NCBI RefSeq assembly: GCF_900129355.1
Contig: NZ_FQVL01000001.1
Location: 541,753-573,752, forward strand
DNA from: Seinonella peptonophila
GTDB taxonomy: Bacteria > Bacillota > Bacilli > Thermoactinomycetales > Thermoactinomycetaceae
Direction: 5' to 3'
Length of the DNA stretch: 32,000 nt
The notes below the pieces were generated by a model that was given only the letters and a program-made list of their open reading frames with translations, was not told where the DNA came from and did not search any database. The stretch's first letter is position 1. Each line of letters starts with the position of its first letter. Below are positions 1-10,289 of this stretch, piece after piece. Position numbers and translations under genes: made by a program.

Positions 1-809
1 TTTTGTTGATGGGCTTGTTCAACAATTGAACTTAACTGAGCCAATGGAAAAGGTGAGTGTTTTGTCAGACCTTTTCGGAAATAACCTAGAAATTCAATAT
101 TCCCTTTCCCACCAAGTATAGGAGAAGGAATGAAATCTAATGGAATTAAGTCATAATCCATAACAACTTGATAAATTCTTTGCAAAACCTGTAAATGTAC
201 CTTTGGATCGCTAATAATGCCTTTATTGCCTACTTGATTCTTTTCTGCTTCAAATTGAGGTTTGATTAAAGCAATAATATCTCCTGGTTCCGCTAATAAC
301 TGCAAGAGATTGGGCAGAATTTGACGAAGCGAGATAAAAGAGACATCAATCGTCGCTATATCGGGTTGTCCTACTGCCAACTGCTCAGCGGATAGATAGC
401 GAAAATTAGTTCGTTCCAAGATGACAACCCGTTCATCTTGACGTAACTTCCATGCTAACTGTCCATAGCCTACATCAACTGCATAGACATAGTTTGCTCC
501 ATGTTGCAATGCACAATCGGTAAATCCACCTGTTGAAGCCCCAATATCTAGAACAATCCGGTTTTCAATAGAGAGATCAAAAATGGATAACGCCTTTTCT
601 AATTTTATCCCGCCCCGACTTACATAAGGATGCTCCGGTCTTTTGACCAAAACATCTACATCGAGAGGATATGACATTCCGGGTTTATCTGCCACTTCCT
701 GATTGACGAAGACTTGACCTGCTTTAATTAAACGATTCGCTTGATCAAGGGTTTCAAATATTCCACGTTCAACTAATAACTGTTCAAGACGTTGCCTCTT
801 TTTAGACAT
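1..809 (-). CDS. tlyA: TlyA-family rRNA 2'-O-methyltransferase (partial; C-terminal end runs off the window)
   Basis: Minus-strand frame is open from ATG 807-809 to the window edge. It reads MSKKRQRLEQLLVERGIFETLDQANRLIKAGQVFVNQE (S4-like N-terminus), then RIVLDIGASTGGFTDCALQHGANYVYAVDVG (SAM-binding motif of FtsJ/TlyA methyltransferases). It lies directly downstream of dxs, as yqxC does in B. subtilis. Confidence 0.85.
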   Translation of the reverse strand, partial: MSKKRQRLEQLLVERGIFETLDQANRLIKAGQVFVNQEVADKPGMSYPLDVDVLVKRPEHPYVSRGGIKLEKALSIFDLSIENRIVLDIGASTGGFTDCALQHGANYVYAVDVGYGQLAWKLRQDERVVILERTNFRYLSAEQLAVGQPDIATIDVSFISLRQILPNLLQLLAEPGDIIALIKPQFEAEKNQVGNKGIISDPKVHLQVLQRIYQVVMDYDLIPLDFIPSPILGGKGNIEFLGYFRKGLTKHSPFPLAQLSSIVEQAHQQ

Positions 810-818
810 CATGATCCC

Positions 819-2711
819 TCATGCCCTTTGTTTTCGTTTTACCGTAATCCCTCTAATCTGTTGAATTATTCCATCTGATGTGAGCCCAACTTCTTTTAAC
901 TGCTCTTGAATGGAACCATGTTCAACATAATAATCCGGTACGCCCATTCGACTTACAAATGCTTGTACTCCTTGTTCCTCATAAAATTCCAGAACAGCAC
1001 TTCCAAAACCACCTGCTAATGAAGCCTCTTCAACTGTTAGAATGGGCAATTTTTCTTCAGCTAGTCCTAATAATAATTCTTTATCGAGCGGTTTAGCAAA
1101 TCTAGCATTAATTACACGTATATTTAAACCCTCTTGGGCTAAAAAGTCAGCTGCTTCAAGTGCTGGAGAAACCATTGTTCCAAAAGCTAATATAGCAGCA
1201 TCATTTCCTGAGCGGAGAATCTCAGATTTCCCAATCGGAATCTTATTCCATTCTTGATCCATCGCAATGCCAGTTCCTGATCCTTTCGAATAACGGATCG
1301 CAATCGGACCATCATCATACTGAGATGCAGTATAAAGCATTTGACGAAGCTCATTTTCATCTTTAGGCATCATAATGGTTAGATTAGGCTGATTTCGTAA
1401 GAAACTAATATCATAGATACCTTGATGAGTTTCCCCATCTTCACCTACAAAACCTGCACGGTCAATAGCAAAGATAACATTTAGGTTTTGGCGGCACACA
1501 TCATGAATCACTTGATCATAACCGCGTTGTAAAAATGTTGAATAAATTGCTAAAACCGGTTTCAACCCTTGCGTTGCAATCCCAGCTGCAAAAGTAGTAG
1601 CATGCTGTTCCGCGATTCCTACATCAAAACAGCGTTCTGGAAAATGCTTAGCAAAATCTTCTAATTTGGAACCTGTTAACATAGCTGGAGTGATAGCTAC
1701 AATCCTTTGGTCCTGCTGAGCTAATTCGATCATCGTTTTACCAAAAATGGATGGATACTGTGGTGCAGAACTTGCTTTTTTCTGAAATGCGCCAGATTCA
1801 ATCTTATATGTCCCCACACCATGATAATTGACAGAATCGTTTTCAGCAGGTTCATAACCTTGCCCCTTTTTCGTCACAACATGAACCAAAACAGGGCCTT
1901 CTGTATCTCCTGCTTGTCGCAATATTTCCATTAGTTCTTCCAGCTCATGTCCATCAACTGGACCTAGATATGTAAGTCCCAACTCTTCAAATAAGACACC
2001 ATCAACCACCAAGTATTTCAAGCTATCTTTTACTCTTTCTAAAGTCTTTTTGAAAGGCTGCCCAGCTACTGGGATTTTTGCAAGCAACGCTTCCATCTCA
2101 TCTTTAATCTTATTATAATGACGATGAGTTCTTAATCTTCCTAAGTAATTATGCAAAGCACCCACATTTGGACTGATGGACATTTCATTATCATTTAAGA
2201 TAACAATTAAATCTTTCTTTTCGACACCAATATGGTTAAGCGCTTCCAGTGCCATCCCACCAGTTAAAGCTCCATCACCAATTACTGCGATCACTTTATG
2301 ATCCAATTGCTGCAAATCACGAGCAACGGCCATACCCATCGCCCCTGAGAGAGAGGTACTACTATGTCCTGTCTCCCAAACATCATGCTCACTTTCGCTC
2401 ATTTTGGGGAATCCACAAAGACCATGATATTGGCGCAATGTTGGAAACTGTTCTCGTCTCCCCGTTAGAAGTTTATGTACATAGGCTTGATGTCCGACAT
2501 CCCATAAAATCTTATCTTTCGGACTTTCAAATAGATAGTGCAGAGCAAGCGTAAGCTCCACTACACCAAGATTCGAGGCAAGGTGCCCCCCCGTTTCAGA
2601 TAAACTTTCAATCAAAAAATTGCGAATCTCTTTTGCCAATTTGGGTAAATCTTCAATTGATAATTTTTTTAATTCATCAGGAGAATGAATCTGCTCAAGA
2701 AGCAACAACAA
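819..2711 (-). CDS. dxs: 1-deoxy-D-xylulose-5-phosphate synthase
   Basis: 630-aa ORF with [18 protein letters not shown] near the N-terminus, the TPP-binding [15 protein letters not shown]...NDN block, and transketolase-like middle and C-terminal domains. Three consecutive TTG codons (2711/2708/2705) follow an AGAGAGG SD, so the start is uncertain by up to 6 nt. Confidence 0.95.
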   Translation of the reverse strand: MLLLLEQIHSPDELKKLSIEDLPKLAKEIRNFLIESLSETGGHLASNLGVVELTLALHYLFESPKDKILWDVGHQAYVHKLLTGRREQFPTLRQYHGLCGFPKMSESEHDVWETGHSSTSLSGAMGMAVARDLQQLDHKVIAVIGDGALTGGMALEALNHIGVEKKDLIVILNDNEMSISPNVGALHNYLGRLRTHRHYNKIKDEMEALLAKIPVAGQPFKKTLERVKDSLKYLVVDGVLFEELGLTYLGPVDGHELEELMEILRQAGDTEGPVLVHVVTKKGQGYEPAENDSVNYHGVGTYKIESGAFQKKASSAPQYPSIFGKTMIELAQQDQRIVAITPAMLTGSKLEDFAKHFPERCFDVGIAEQHATTFAAGIATQGLKPVLAIYSTFLQRGYDQVIHDVCRQNLNVIFAIDRAGFVGEDGETHQGIYDISFLRNQPNLTIMMPKDENELRQMLYTASQYDDGPIAIRYSKGSGTGIAMDQEWNKIPIGKSEILRSGNDAAILAFGTMVSPALEAADFLAQEGLNIRVINARFAKPLDKELLLGLAEEKLPILTVEEASLAGGFGSAVLEFYEEQGVQAFVSRMGVPDYYVEHGSIQEQLKEVGLTSDGIIQQIRGITVKRKQRA

Positions 2712-2798
2712 CCGCCTCTCTTTCTTTTCATTGCATATAAAAGGAATATATTTGTATGCAATTGATCGCTTTTTTCAAAAGTTAGCTAAAGTAAACTC

Positions 2799-2807
2799 AT
2801 TATAACA
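2799..2807 (-). promoter_or_regulatory. Candidate extended -10 element (TGTTATAAT) for dxs
   Basis: The reverse complement of 2799-2807 is TGTTATAAT, about 90 nt upstream of the dxs start. There is no good -35, but the TGn extension could compensate. Confidence 0.35.
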
Positions 2808-2862
2808 CATGCTTAAAAAAATTCTATATTTCAATGTGTAAAACTATTAAATCAGATGATGA

Positions 2863-3753
2863 TTATCGTTTACGAGTTAATAAATAATCAGCAATATCGA
2901 GTAACCTTTGTGGGTTAAGTTCAGTTGTTTTTAACAGTTCCTCCTTGGCGGTATAGGTCAAACGTGCTAATAATTGTTGTGACTCTTCTAATCCTAAAAG
3001 TGAAGGATAAGTCGACTTTAAGTTTTCTTGATCACTTCCAACTGGTTTACCGATTAATTCTGGATCACCTATTATATCTAAGATATCGTCCTGGATTTGA
3101 AATGCAAGCCCTAAACGATAGGCAAATTGTGTCAATGAAGTGAGTGCTTCTTCTGATGCACCACCAATTCGAGCTCCTGTGCGAACCGAAAATGCAATTA
3201 AATCACCTGTTTTACGACGATGAATCGCTTCTAGCTCTTCGACAGTAATCTGTTTATCCTCACTGAGTAAATCATCCATCTGTCCACCAATCATTCCAAA
3301 GGCACCAGCATGCTTAGCTGTCTCTTCAATAATGGCTAATGAATCATCAAAAGATAGCTTAGCAGCTCGAACACCCTTGGACATTAAAGTGAAGGCTTCT
3401 GTTAAAAGCGCATCACCCGCTAACACAGCCGTTGCTTCATCAAATTTTTTATGGTTTGTTAATTTCCCTCGTCGATAATCATCATCATCCATACATGGAA
3501 GATCATCATGAATCAGTGAGTAGGTATGGATCATCTCAATAGCACATGCCAAGGGATAAGCTAACTCTTCCGGTTTATCACAAGCTTCTACAGTTGCTAA
3601 TACAAGAATAGGACGAAGACGCTTACCGCCTGCCATTAACGAATATTTCATCGATTGGTATAGCCGATCAGGCACTTCACGATAATGATTTAAATAATCT
3701 TCTAGTTTCGTTTCAATTATCTTGCCTTTCTCATGGATGTACGTCTCAATCAT
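2863..3753 (-). CDS. ispA: Farnesyl diphosphate synthase (polyprenyl synthetase)
   Basis: Both aspartate-rich motifs are present: LIHDDLPCMDDDDYRRGK and FQIQDDILD. It overlaps xseB by 8 nt, and the xseA-xseB-ispA order matches B. subtilis. Confidence 0.93.
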   Translation of the reverse strand: MIETYIHEKGKIIETKLEDYLNHYREVPDRLYQSMKYSLMAGGKRLRPILVLATVEACDKPEELAYPLACAIEMIHTYSLIHDDLPCMDDDDYRRGKLTNHKKFDEATAVLAGDALLTEAFTLMSKGVRAAKLSFDDSLAIIEETAKHAGAFGMIGGQMDDLLSEDKQITVEELEAIHRRKTGDLIAFSVRTGARIGGASEEALTSLTQFAYRLGLAFQIQDDILDIIGDPELIGKPVGSDQENLKSTYPSLLGLEESQQLLARLTYTAKEELLKTTELNPQRLLDIADYLLTRKR

Positions 3754-3988
3754 TTGAGTCCTCCTCAGGTTGAAATGGTTTTTTTACAAATTGGTTATTC
3801 TCCTCTATTAGCATTTCAATTTTTTGCTCTGCCCAATCCAATTTGTAACCACAATGTTGTGCCAATTTCATCCCTTCGTTAAATAAACGAATCGACTCCT
3901 CCAATGAAATATCGCCCTTCTCCAGTTCTAATACTACTTCTTCTAGTCGTTCCATTGCGGATTCAAACGATAGTTCCTGCCTCTCCAT
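3746..3988 (-). CDS. xseB: Exodeoxyribonuclease VII small subunit
   Basis: 80-aa helical protein (FESAMERLEEVVLELEKGDISLEESIRLFNEGMKLAQHC), typical of XseB, immediately after xseA. Confidence 0.92.
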   Translation of the reverse strand: MERQELSFESAMERLEEVVLELEKGDISLEESIRLFNEGMKLAQHCGYKLDWAEQKIEMLIEENNQFVKKPFQPEEDSND

Positions 3989-3995
3989 TTCATTG

Positions 3996-5351
3996 TCACT
4001 CCTCTGTAGACCATACTTGACATTTTACTGCCCCATCACTTAATCGAACACGCAAGAGATCACCCGATTGTACATTTTTAACTGAGGTGACAAGCGATTG
4101 GTCATGATAGCGATAAGCGAGAGAATAGCCTCTCTGCATTACTTTTAATGGACTAAGAGCTTCTAATTGAACGATTTGTTTCATCAATTGCTCACGATAC
4201 CTCTCTAACTGGTGATTCATTGACAATTGCAGACGATTCTTCAATCGTTCCAACCGTTCTTGATTGGTTATTAGCTTACCCTTTGGACTCAAAAGACGAA
4301 GTTTCGACATGAAATGTTCAAGACGTTGCTTCTTAATTTGCACCTGTGAATCCAAGCGATCTCGAATCATGGAGCCCCACTGATCCACTTGCTGAACATA
4401 CTGTTGGATCTTTACTTTTGGTCCACTATATTGTAATCGTTCTTGCCAATTGGTTAAAGTTTGTAATCTTTGATCGAGTACGCGCCTTTGTGCTTGAATC
4501 AAACGATGCTGAAGTAATCTTAACTGTTCTCTTAATTCAATCTGATCTGGTACGATCATCGCTGCTGCTGCAGTTGGTGTTGCAGCTCGATGATCAGCTA
4601 CATAGTCACTAATCGTCGTATCTGTTTCATGACCTACTGCAGAGATAACTGGCAAAGTTGTGCGAAAAAGACTATCCGCTACTTGACGTTCATTAAAGGC
4701 CCAAAGTTCCTCTAATGAGCCTCCCCCTCTCCCTACAATCAGTACATCTACATCCCCTTGTTGTGTTAAGATTTCTATACCCTCTGCAATTTCATTAGCT
4801 GCATTTGTCCCTTGAACAGCGACTGGAAAAAGCAAGATCTCTGTTAATGGAAAGCGTTGCCTCATTGTTATGATAATATCTCGAATAACAGCTCCACTTG
4901 CCGAAGTTACAACACCTACTCGGCGTGGGAAACGTGGCAACGGCTTTGCTGGAGCTGAAAAATAGCCTTCCTGCTCTAATTGTTCCTTTAAGCGAACAAA
5001 ACGAGTGTATAAATCACCAATACCACTCATTTGCATTTCTTGAACATATAGTTGTACTTGACCTTCACGCTCATACATGGAAAGTCTAGCAAGTGCAAAT
5101 ACCGAATCACCATTTTGCGGACGAAAACGCAATCTTCGATTTTGACTTGAAAACATAGCAGCTTTAACACGTGTCTGCTCATCTTTTAATGTAAAATACA
5201 TATGTCCACTGCGTTCATGCAGGGTAAAATTGGTAATCTCGCCCTTTACCCAGAGTGTTTGTAATTGAGGGTCCTCATCGATCTTGGAACGAAGATGTGC
5301 AACGAGGTCAGAGATTGTCCATATTTTGGTTTGCTTTTTCCTACGCCTCAT
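3996..5351 (-). CDS. xseA: Exodeoxyribonuclease VII large subunit
   Basis: 451 aa with an N-terminal OB fold (VKGEITNFTLHERSGHMYFTLKDE), a catalytic core (GRGGGSLEELWAFNE, AVGHETD) and a long C-terminal coiled coil. Confidence 0.93.
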   Translation of the reverse strand: MRRRKKQTKIWTISDLVAHLRSKIDEDPQLQTLWVKGEITNFTLHERSGHMYFTLKDEQTRVKAAMFSSQNRRLRFRPQNGDSVFALARLSMYEREGQVQLYVQEMQMSGIGDLYTRFVRLKEQLEQEGYFSAPAKPLPRFPRRVGVVTSASGAVIRDIIITMRQRFPLTEILLFPVAVQGTNAANEIAEGIEILTQQGDVDVLIVGRGGGSLEELWAFNERQVADSLFRTTLPVISAVGHETDTTISDYVADHRAATPTAAAAMIVPDQIELREQLRLLQHRLIQAQRRVLDQRLQTLTNWQERLQYSGPKVKIQQYVQQVDQWGSMIRDRLDSQVQIKKQRLEHFMSKLRLLSPKGKLITNQERLERLKNRLQLSMNHQLERYREQLMKQIVQLEALSPLKVMQRGYSLAYRYHDQSLVTSVKNVQSGDLLRVRLSDGAVKCQVWSTEE

Positions 5352-5352
5352 A

Positions 5353-5769
5353 TTAGTCTGTCACCTGACCTTCTTGGTTCTCTCGAACCCATTTCCCTAA
5401 ACATCCATTAATAAAACGACTCGCTTCATCTCCACTATATGACTTAGCAATTTCAACAGCTTCATTAATAACCACTTTAATTGGGGTCTCCTGTTCATAG
5501 AGCAACTCATAGAAGGCAATTCGCAGTATTGCCCGATCAATAGATGCAATCCTGTCAATGCTCCACCCAGACTTTAGACATTTCCCTATTACTTGATCTA
5601 TTTCATTTAAATGTTGTTGGATTCCATTAACTATTTGTTGATAGAAGAGAAAAGTCTTTCGATCCAATTTTGTTCTTTGTCTATGGATTATTTGGCTTTG
5701 TTCATCAGGTTGAAACTCAAGCTGATAGAGTGTAGTTAGTACGCTCTCTCTAGCCAATCTTCGATTCAT
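5353..5769 (-). CDS. nusB: Transcription antitermination factor NusB
   Basis: MNRRLARESVLTTLYQLEF... and ...AILRIAFYELLY are NusB-like. The track's TTG at 5784 lies inside the SD GGAGGGAG, so ATG 5769 is the likely start. The stop is 1 nt from the xseA ATG. Confidence 0.9.
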   Translation of the reverse strand: MNRRLARESVLTTLYQLEFQPDEQSQIIHRQRTKLDRKTFLFYQQIVNGIQQHLNEIDQVIGKCLKSGWSIDRIASIDRAILRIAFYELLYEQETPIKVVINEAVEIAKSYSGDEASRFINGCLGKWVRENQEGQVTD

Positions 5770-5782
5770 AATATCTCCCTCC

Positions 5783-5814
5783 AATAAAAGAACCCAGCCT
5801 TATGCTCTGGCTGG
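5783..5814 (-). terminator. Candidate intrinsic terminator after the Asp23/AmaP/DUF2273 cluster
   Basis: The minus-strand RNA reads CCAGCC-agagcataa-GGCTGG followed by GUUCUUUUAUU. Confidence 0.45.
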
Positions 5815-5830
5815 ATTCTAACAATACACC

Positions 5831-6061
5831 TTATTTTCGCATAAACTTATCCAGAAGTATATTGTCTATCATCTGCTTTACATCTTCTTTTCGATCGAAT
5901 TGAACACCGATTAAATAACTAAGCCCCAAAATAATGGAAAAAAAGAGCATCTTCCAAAAACCAAACCACAGATAAATAAAACCGAGTAAGAGGCCCAATA
6001 AAATACCAAAAGTCTGACCTTTATGCTGCTCAACAAATAACCATATTCTCTTTATATCCAT
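5831..6061 (-). CDS. Small integral membrane protein (DUF2273-like)
   Basis: Two hydrophobic helices (FGILLGLLLGFIYLWFGFWKMLFFSIILGLSYLIG). It follows the Asp23 and AmaP-like genes, as in the S. aureus asp23 locus. ATG 6061 has a GAGG SD 9 nt upstream. The track's TTG 6076 overlaps the upstream stop. Confidence 0.7.
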   Translation of the reverse strand: MDIKRIWLFVEQHKGQTFGILLGLLLGFIYLWFGFWKMLFFSIILGLSYLIGVQFDRKEDVKQMIDNILLDKFMRK

Positions 6062-6072
6062 CGCTTGACGCC

Positions 6073-6630
6073 TCAATTCACTCGAACTCTAGCACGATCA
6101 GATTTTATAGCAGTCTGAATAATGTTGACAGAAACATCATCGACATCGATTCCAGCAATGGTTTCTACTTGATTTTTGACTGTAGTTTGTAATTCATTGG
6201 ATAATTCTAGAAAAGGGCGATCTCCATCTACTGTGATACGAAAGCCAATATGAACAGCTCCTGTATCAGCATGTAAATGGACCCTCGCTGTTAACTCCCG
6301 AATCCCCTTAATTCGATCTGCTGCCTTTCTTGCTAAAGATTCAAGTGTTTCAATAGAGATTCTTACTTGACCAATCTCCGTCTCGTGATCAACACCAACA
6401 GCTCCTCTACGGGAACGACTTACACTCACCCATAATAAACGCAAAGCGAGTAAAAATAGAAGAACTGCGATAATCGCAACAATTACTTGCATTTGAAAAT
6501 CGCCTTCAAGAAATTGAAAAGGCGTCTTTTCAATCAAGGAAGGCATATATGCTGCCCAAGCAACAAATATCGCCAAAAACCCCACGATCACACTTGTTAG
6601 TAACAAAAGTGAACGATCCAATAAACGCAT
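6073..6630 (-). CDS. amaP: Alkaline-shock-response membrane anchor protein (AmaP-like)
   Basis: Two N-terminal TM helices followed by a soluble domain, located between an Asp23-family gene and a DUF2273-like gene. ATG 6630 (MRLLDRSLLLL) has a GGGAGG SD 7 nt upstream, so the track start at 6675 is probably an over-extension. Confidence 0.65.
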   Translation of the reverse strand: MRLLDRSLLLLTSVIVGFLAIFVAWAAYMPSLIEKTPFQFLEGDFQMQVIVAIIAVLLFLLALRLLWVSVSRSRRGAVGVDHETEIGQVRISIETLESLARKAADRIKGIRELTARVHLHADTGAVHIGFRITVDGDRPFLELSNELQTTVKNQVETIAGIDVDDVSVNIIQTAIKSDRARVRVN

Positions 6631-6702
6631 CAACGGACCTCCCATTTCTTCATTCAACACACAACTTGCTGTCATGACCGATTGATTGTTGAGTGAGGGC
6701 CC

Positions 6703-7098
6703 CTACCTTACACGTTGCACAGGTGTTGATTCCTGTGTCTCCTCTGTTTGTGGAAACTTTAGTCCAGCAATCCGTACTACAATTCGATCGATTGGTAAAC
6801 CTGTCATTTCTTCCACTCGCTCTTTCACCTGAGACTGAACGAGCTGACCCACTTCGACTACTTGCTCACCGTAGTGAACAATGATGGCAACATCAATTTC
6901 AATTTTATCGCCTAATTCTACTTTTACACCTTGACGTAAATTTTTCCTGCCTAGCCATTGATTTAAATCTCCTACTACTCCACCTTTTAATCCTGCAACA
7001 CCTTCTACCTCTGTTGCCGCTAACCCACTGATTAATTGAATAACTTCGGGTGAAATATCAACTCTTCCTGGAACTTTCGTCTCTTCTTGTGGAGCCAT
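6703..7098 (-). CDS. yqhY: Asp23/Gls24-family envelope stress protein
   Basis: 131 aa; the pattern ISPEVIQLISGLAATEVEGVAGL...V.V.L....I.VD..I is typical of Asp23/Gls24. It lies immediately downstream of accC, as yqhY does in B. subtilis. Confidence 0.85.
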   Translation of the reverse strand: MAPQEETKVPGRVDISPEVIQLISGLAATEVEGVAGLKGGVVGDLNQWLGRKNLRQGVKVELGDKIEIDVAIIVHYGEQVVEVGQLVQSQVKERVEEMTGLPIDRIVVRIAGLKFPQTEETQESTPVQRVR

Positions 7099-7103
7099 TT
7101 ACC

Positions 7104-8456
7104 CTAACTCCCTTCATACAAATCTACTTCTTCTAAAAATTGATTGTGAAAATCACCTTCTCGAAATCGTGGATGTTTCAACAGACGTTGATGGAATGGG
7201 ATGGTTGTATAGACACCATGAATCACATATTCTGCAAGTGCTCGCTCCATTCGCTCAATCGCCTCTTGACGGGTATTACCCCATACAATTAATTTTGCGA
7301 TCATCGAATCATAGTGCGGAGTAATTTGGTATCCTTGATAACATGCGCTATCAACTCGAACACCGATCCCTCCAGGTGTTAAATAGCCTTCGATCGTTCC
7401 TGGTGAAGGTCTAAAATTCTTTTCTGGATTTTCTGCATTGATACGGCATTCAATCGCCCATCCATCAAACTCAATCTCTGCTTGTGTAAAAGTCAGCGGT
7501 TCCCCAGTGGCAACCCGAATCTGTTCTTTTACCAAATCGATTCCTGTGATCTCCTCAGTTACAGGATGTTCAACTTGAATACGGGTATTCATTTCCATAA
7601 AATAAAAATTCCCATCACGATCTAAAAGAAATTCAATCGTTCCAGCTCCTGAGTAGTCAACAGACTTAGCAGCTTTCACAGCAGCTTGTCCCATTGCTTC
7701 ACGTAACGATGAATTTAATGCAGGTGATGGTGCTTCTTCCACCAACTTCTGGTATCTGCGCTGAATAGAACAATCCCTTTCCCCTAGATGAACAACGTTT
7801 CCATGATTATCGGCCAATACTTGGATTTCAATATGCCGTGGTTCTACTAAGAATTTTTCCAAATAGACTCCTGCATTTCCAAAGTTAGCCTCTGCCTCCT
7901 GTTGTGCCAAGCGGATTGCTTTGGTTAGCTCTTGCTCTGAATGAACAATTCGCATCCCTTTTCCTCCACCACCGGCAGTCGCTTTTACAATAACAGGATA
8001 CCCAATTTCCGCTGCAATTTGCTTTGCTTGATCCATATCTTGGATGATACCTTCAGTCCCTGGTACAACTGGTACGCCTGCTTGCTTCATTGTCTCTCTC
8101 GCGGTCGTTTTATCGCCCATCTGAGCGATCGCGTTCGGTGGTGGGCCAATAAATGTAATACCGCAAACAGCACAAAGCTCAGCAAAATCTACATTTTCAG
8201 CCAAAAATCCATACCCTGGATGAATCGCATCGACTCCAAGCAGTGTCGCCGTACTCATTAAATTCGTCATATTGAGATAGCTATCCTTGGCCATAGCAGG
8301 TCCAATACAAAAAGCCTCATCAGCTAAGGTTACATGAAGTGCTTCACGATCAGCTTCTGAATAGACGGCAACGGTTTGAATCCCAAGTTCACGACAAGCC
8401 CGTATGACGCGAACGGCGATTTCTCCCCGATTGGCGATTAGGACTTTTTTAAACAT
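7104..8456 (-). CDS. accC: Acetyl-CoA carboxylase, biotin carboxylase subunit
   Basis: [26 protein letters not shown], the ATP-grasp glycine loop [14 protein letters not shown], and [14 protein letters not shown]. Confidence 0.96.
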   Translation of the reverse strand: MFKKVLIANRGEIAVRVIRACRELGIQTVAVYSEADREALHVTLADEAFCIGPAMAKDSYLNMTNLMSTATLLGVDAIHPGYGFLAENVDFAELCAVCGITFIGPPPNAIAQMGDKTTARETMKQAGVPVVPGTEGIIQDMDQAKQIAAEIGYPVIVKATAGGGGKGMRIVHSEQELTKAIRLAQQEAEANFGNAGVYLEKFLVEPRHIEIQVLADNHGNVVHLGERDCSIQRRYQKLVEEAPSPALNSSLREAMGQAAVKAAKSVDYSGAGTIEFLLDRDGNFYFMEMNTRIQVEHPVTEEITGIDLVKEQIRVATGEPLTFTQAEIEFDGWAIECRINAENPEKNFRPSPGTIEGYLTPGGIGVRVDSACYQGYQITPHYDSMIAKLIVWGNTRQEAIERMERALAEYVIHGVYTTIPFHQRLLKHPRFREGDFHNQFLEEVDLYEGS

Positions 8457-8476
8457 GATTCCTCCCCTTCCCGTCT

Positions 8477-8956
8477 TTAAGTCGTTCGTACCAAGAATAA
8501 TGGTTGACCAAACTCAACCAATTCTCCGTTTTTGACAAGAATTTTTTCAATCGTTCCATTTACTTCTGCTTCAATTTCATTCATGAGTTTCATCGCTTCA
8601 ACAATGCAGACTACCGAGTCGACAGATACTGTATTTCCTTCTTGTACATATGGATCTGCATCAGGAGAAGGGGATCGATAAAATGTACCTACCATTGGTG
8701 ATTCAATTTTATGTAAACCCGCGTCCTCCACCTCTTTTGTCTCTTGTGTAGGTGCAGGTGATTGAGTAGTTACCGTACTGTTTTGTGCAGTAGGCGGCGG
8801 TAGTTGTACCACAGGCGCTACTGGTTGAACAGCTACTTCTCCAACCGCTTTCTTAATTGTAATTTTGGTTCCCTCATGCTCCATATGAAATTCAGCAACT
8901 TCTGCTTTTTCGACTAATTGAACTAATTCATGAATATCCTTTAGCTCTAATGCCAC
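8477..8956 (-). CDS. accB: Acetyl-CoA carboxylase biotin carboxyl carrier protein
   Basis: C-terminal biotinyl domain with the [11 protein letters not shown] biotin-lysine motif, and a Pro/Ala/Thr-rich linker. GTG start with a GAGAGGAG SD. Confidence 0.95.
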   Translation of the reverse strand: MALELKDIHELVQLVEKAEVAEFHMEHEGTKITIKKAVGEVAVQPVAPVVQLPPPTAQNSTVTTQSPAPTQETKEVEDAGLHKIESPMVGTFYRSPSPDADPYVQEGNTVSVDSVVCIVEAMKLMNEIEAEVNGTIEKILVKNGELVEFGQPLFLVRTT

Positions 8957-9064
8957 TTGCTTCCACTCCTCTCTAAAGACATTTTATGTATCCAAAATAC
9001 TACCGCTTTTATGATAATGTTTTTTTACAACTTTGGCTAGTCTGCTAGCAGGATTCCAATCATG

Positions 9065-9093
9065 AAAACAAAAAAGCCCCCTGAGGGGAAGCT
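9065..9093 (-). terminator. Intrinsic terminator ending the spoIIIA operon
   Basis: The minus-strand RNA reads AGC-UU-CCCC-UCA-GGGG-GCU followed by UUUUUGUUUUC. It begins immediately after the spoIIIAH stop codon. Confidence 0.6.
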
Positions 9094-9633
9094 TTAAGAA
9101 CGATATCCTATCGAGATCATGGTGGGATCGACTCGGAAGTGTTGTCCAACCATACTAATTAGATGAACTGCTTCAGTACTTGTTAAGCGTTCGCCTTGTA
9201 CAATTACATCTACTTTATTTTGATGATTCATGACCACGACATCCCGATACCCTTCTTTTCGAATTGCTTCCTCTAAGGAAGACTCTTGTTGATCCACCTT
9301 CATTAATTGATTTACTTTTTGCTCTGCTACCTTTAGTTCTTTTTCTGATGCTCGCGGATTAGAAAGTGTACGCATGTATTCTTCAGTCAACTTCGAACGC
9401 AGTGTATCTCTTTGTAAGTGGTAATTGACAAAATAATCATGTTTACCCATTTGCTTACTTACTGGTTTTCCTTGTTCTACTTCTTTCATTTGCAAATCAA
9501 GCTTAGGCTTTTGCATCATTTGATTTGCTTGTTGTACAGGCTGTGATGGCCCTGTCACAATATAATATGCGGATAATGCTACCATCAATGTTAGCATGGA
9601 GACGAGCCAGACTGTTTGTTTATTCACTGTCAT
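9094..9633 (-). CDS. spoIIIAH: Stage III sporulation protein AH
   Basis: MTVNKQTVWLVSMLTLMVALSAYYIVTG resembles the B. subtilis SpoIIIAH N-terminus (KKQTVWLLTMLSL..SVYYI). It is the last gene of the operon. ATG 9633 has a GAGGAGG SD, and the track's TTG 9651 lies inside that SD. Confidence 0.88.
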   Translation of the reverse strand: MTVNKQTVWLVSMLTLMVALSAYYIVTGPSQPVQQANQMMQKPKLDLQMKEVEQGKPVSKQMGKHDYFVNYHLQRDTLRSKLTEEYMRTLSNPRASEKELKVAEQKVNQLMKVDQQESSLEEAIRKEGYRDVVVMNHQNKVDVIVQGERLTSTEAVHLISMVGQHFRVDPTMISIGYRS

Positions 9634-9647
9634 TTTCAAATTCCTCC

Positions 9648-10277
9648 TCAACCTCTTGGTAAAACTGAAATTCGGTGTAATGGAACATCGAGTGTTCGTT
9701 GAATTGCTTCTATTACAACTGCTTTTACTTGTAAATTCTCTACCCCCTCAGCAACGACAAGCACACCACGCACCTTTGGCTTGAGTCGTTTTACCACTAA
9801 TGGTTGCTCACCATTGTTATTACGATAAAAGGTTGGTTTTTTATCATCGGTACCTTGGCGAATTGATCGATTGCCCCCCTTGGTGTCCATCTCTGTCGTC
9901 ACTTGCTCAGAATGATGTTCATCAATTTGAACAACATCCTCCTCAGTTGAATCTAAGTTAACTATGACAGAGACATCATCCACACCTACTATACGGTCTA
10001 ATACTTGCTCAAGATCGCGTTCATATTGCCTTTCATATGTTTCCATATTTGTATGTGAATTTGATGCTGAATTGACAGATGAAGCTGATTTGGAGGTAGT
10101 TGGTGTATTAGATGGTGAAAATGATATAGGCTCTTCTTTCATCTCAAACAGAGAAGAAAAGAATAAAAGTCCAACTCCCAGTAACCCCAAAAATAGAATA
10201 CGACGGTAAAGTTTTTTTTGTGTTGGATTTTCACGCCATCTCTTTTCTACTTCTGCCCACCACTCTTTTAACACCAT
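9648..10277 (-). CDS. spoIIIAG: Stage III sporulation protein AG
   Basis: N-terminal TM helix, a low-complexity S/T-rich linker, a C-terminal ring-building domain (VRGVLVVAEGVENLQVKAVVIEAIQRTLDVPLHRISVLP), and the expected operon position. Confidence 0.88.
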   Translation of the reverse strand: MVLKEWWAEVEKRWRENPTQKKLYRRILFLGLLGVGLLFFSSLFEMKEEPISFSPSNTPTTSKSASSVNSASNSHTNMETYERQYERDLEQVLDRIVGVDDVSVIVNLDSTEEDVVQIDEHHSEQVTTEMDTKGGNRSIRQGTDDKKPTFYRNNNGEQPLVVKRLKPKVRGVLVVAEGVENLQVKAVVIEAIQRTLDVPLHRISVLPRG

Positions 10278-10289
10278 ACCTCACCCGCT

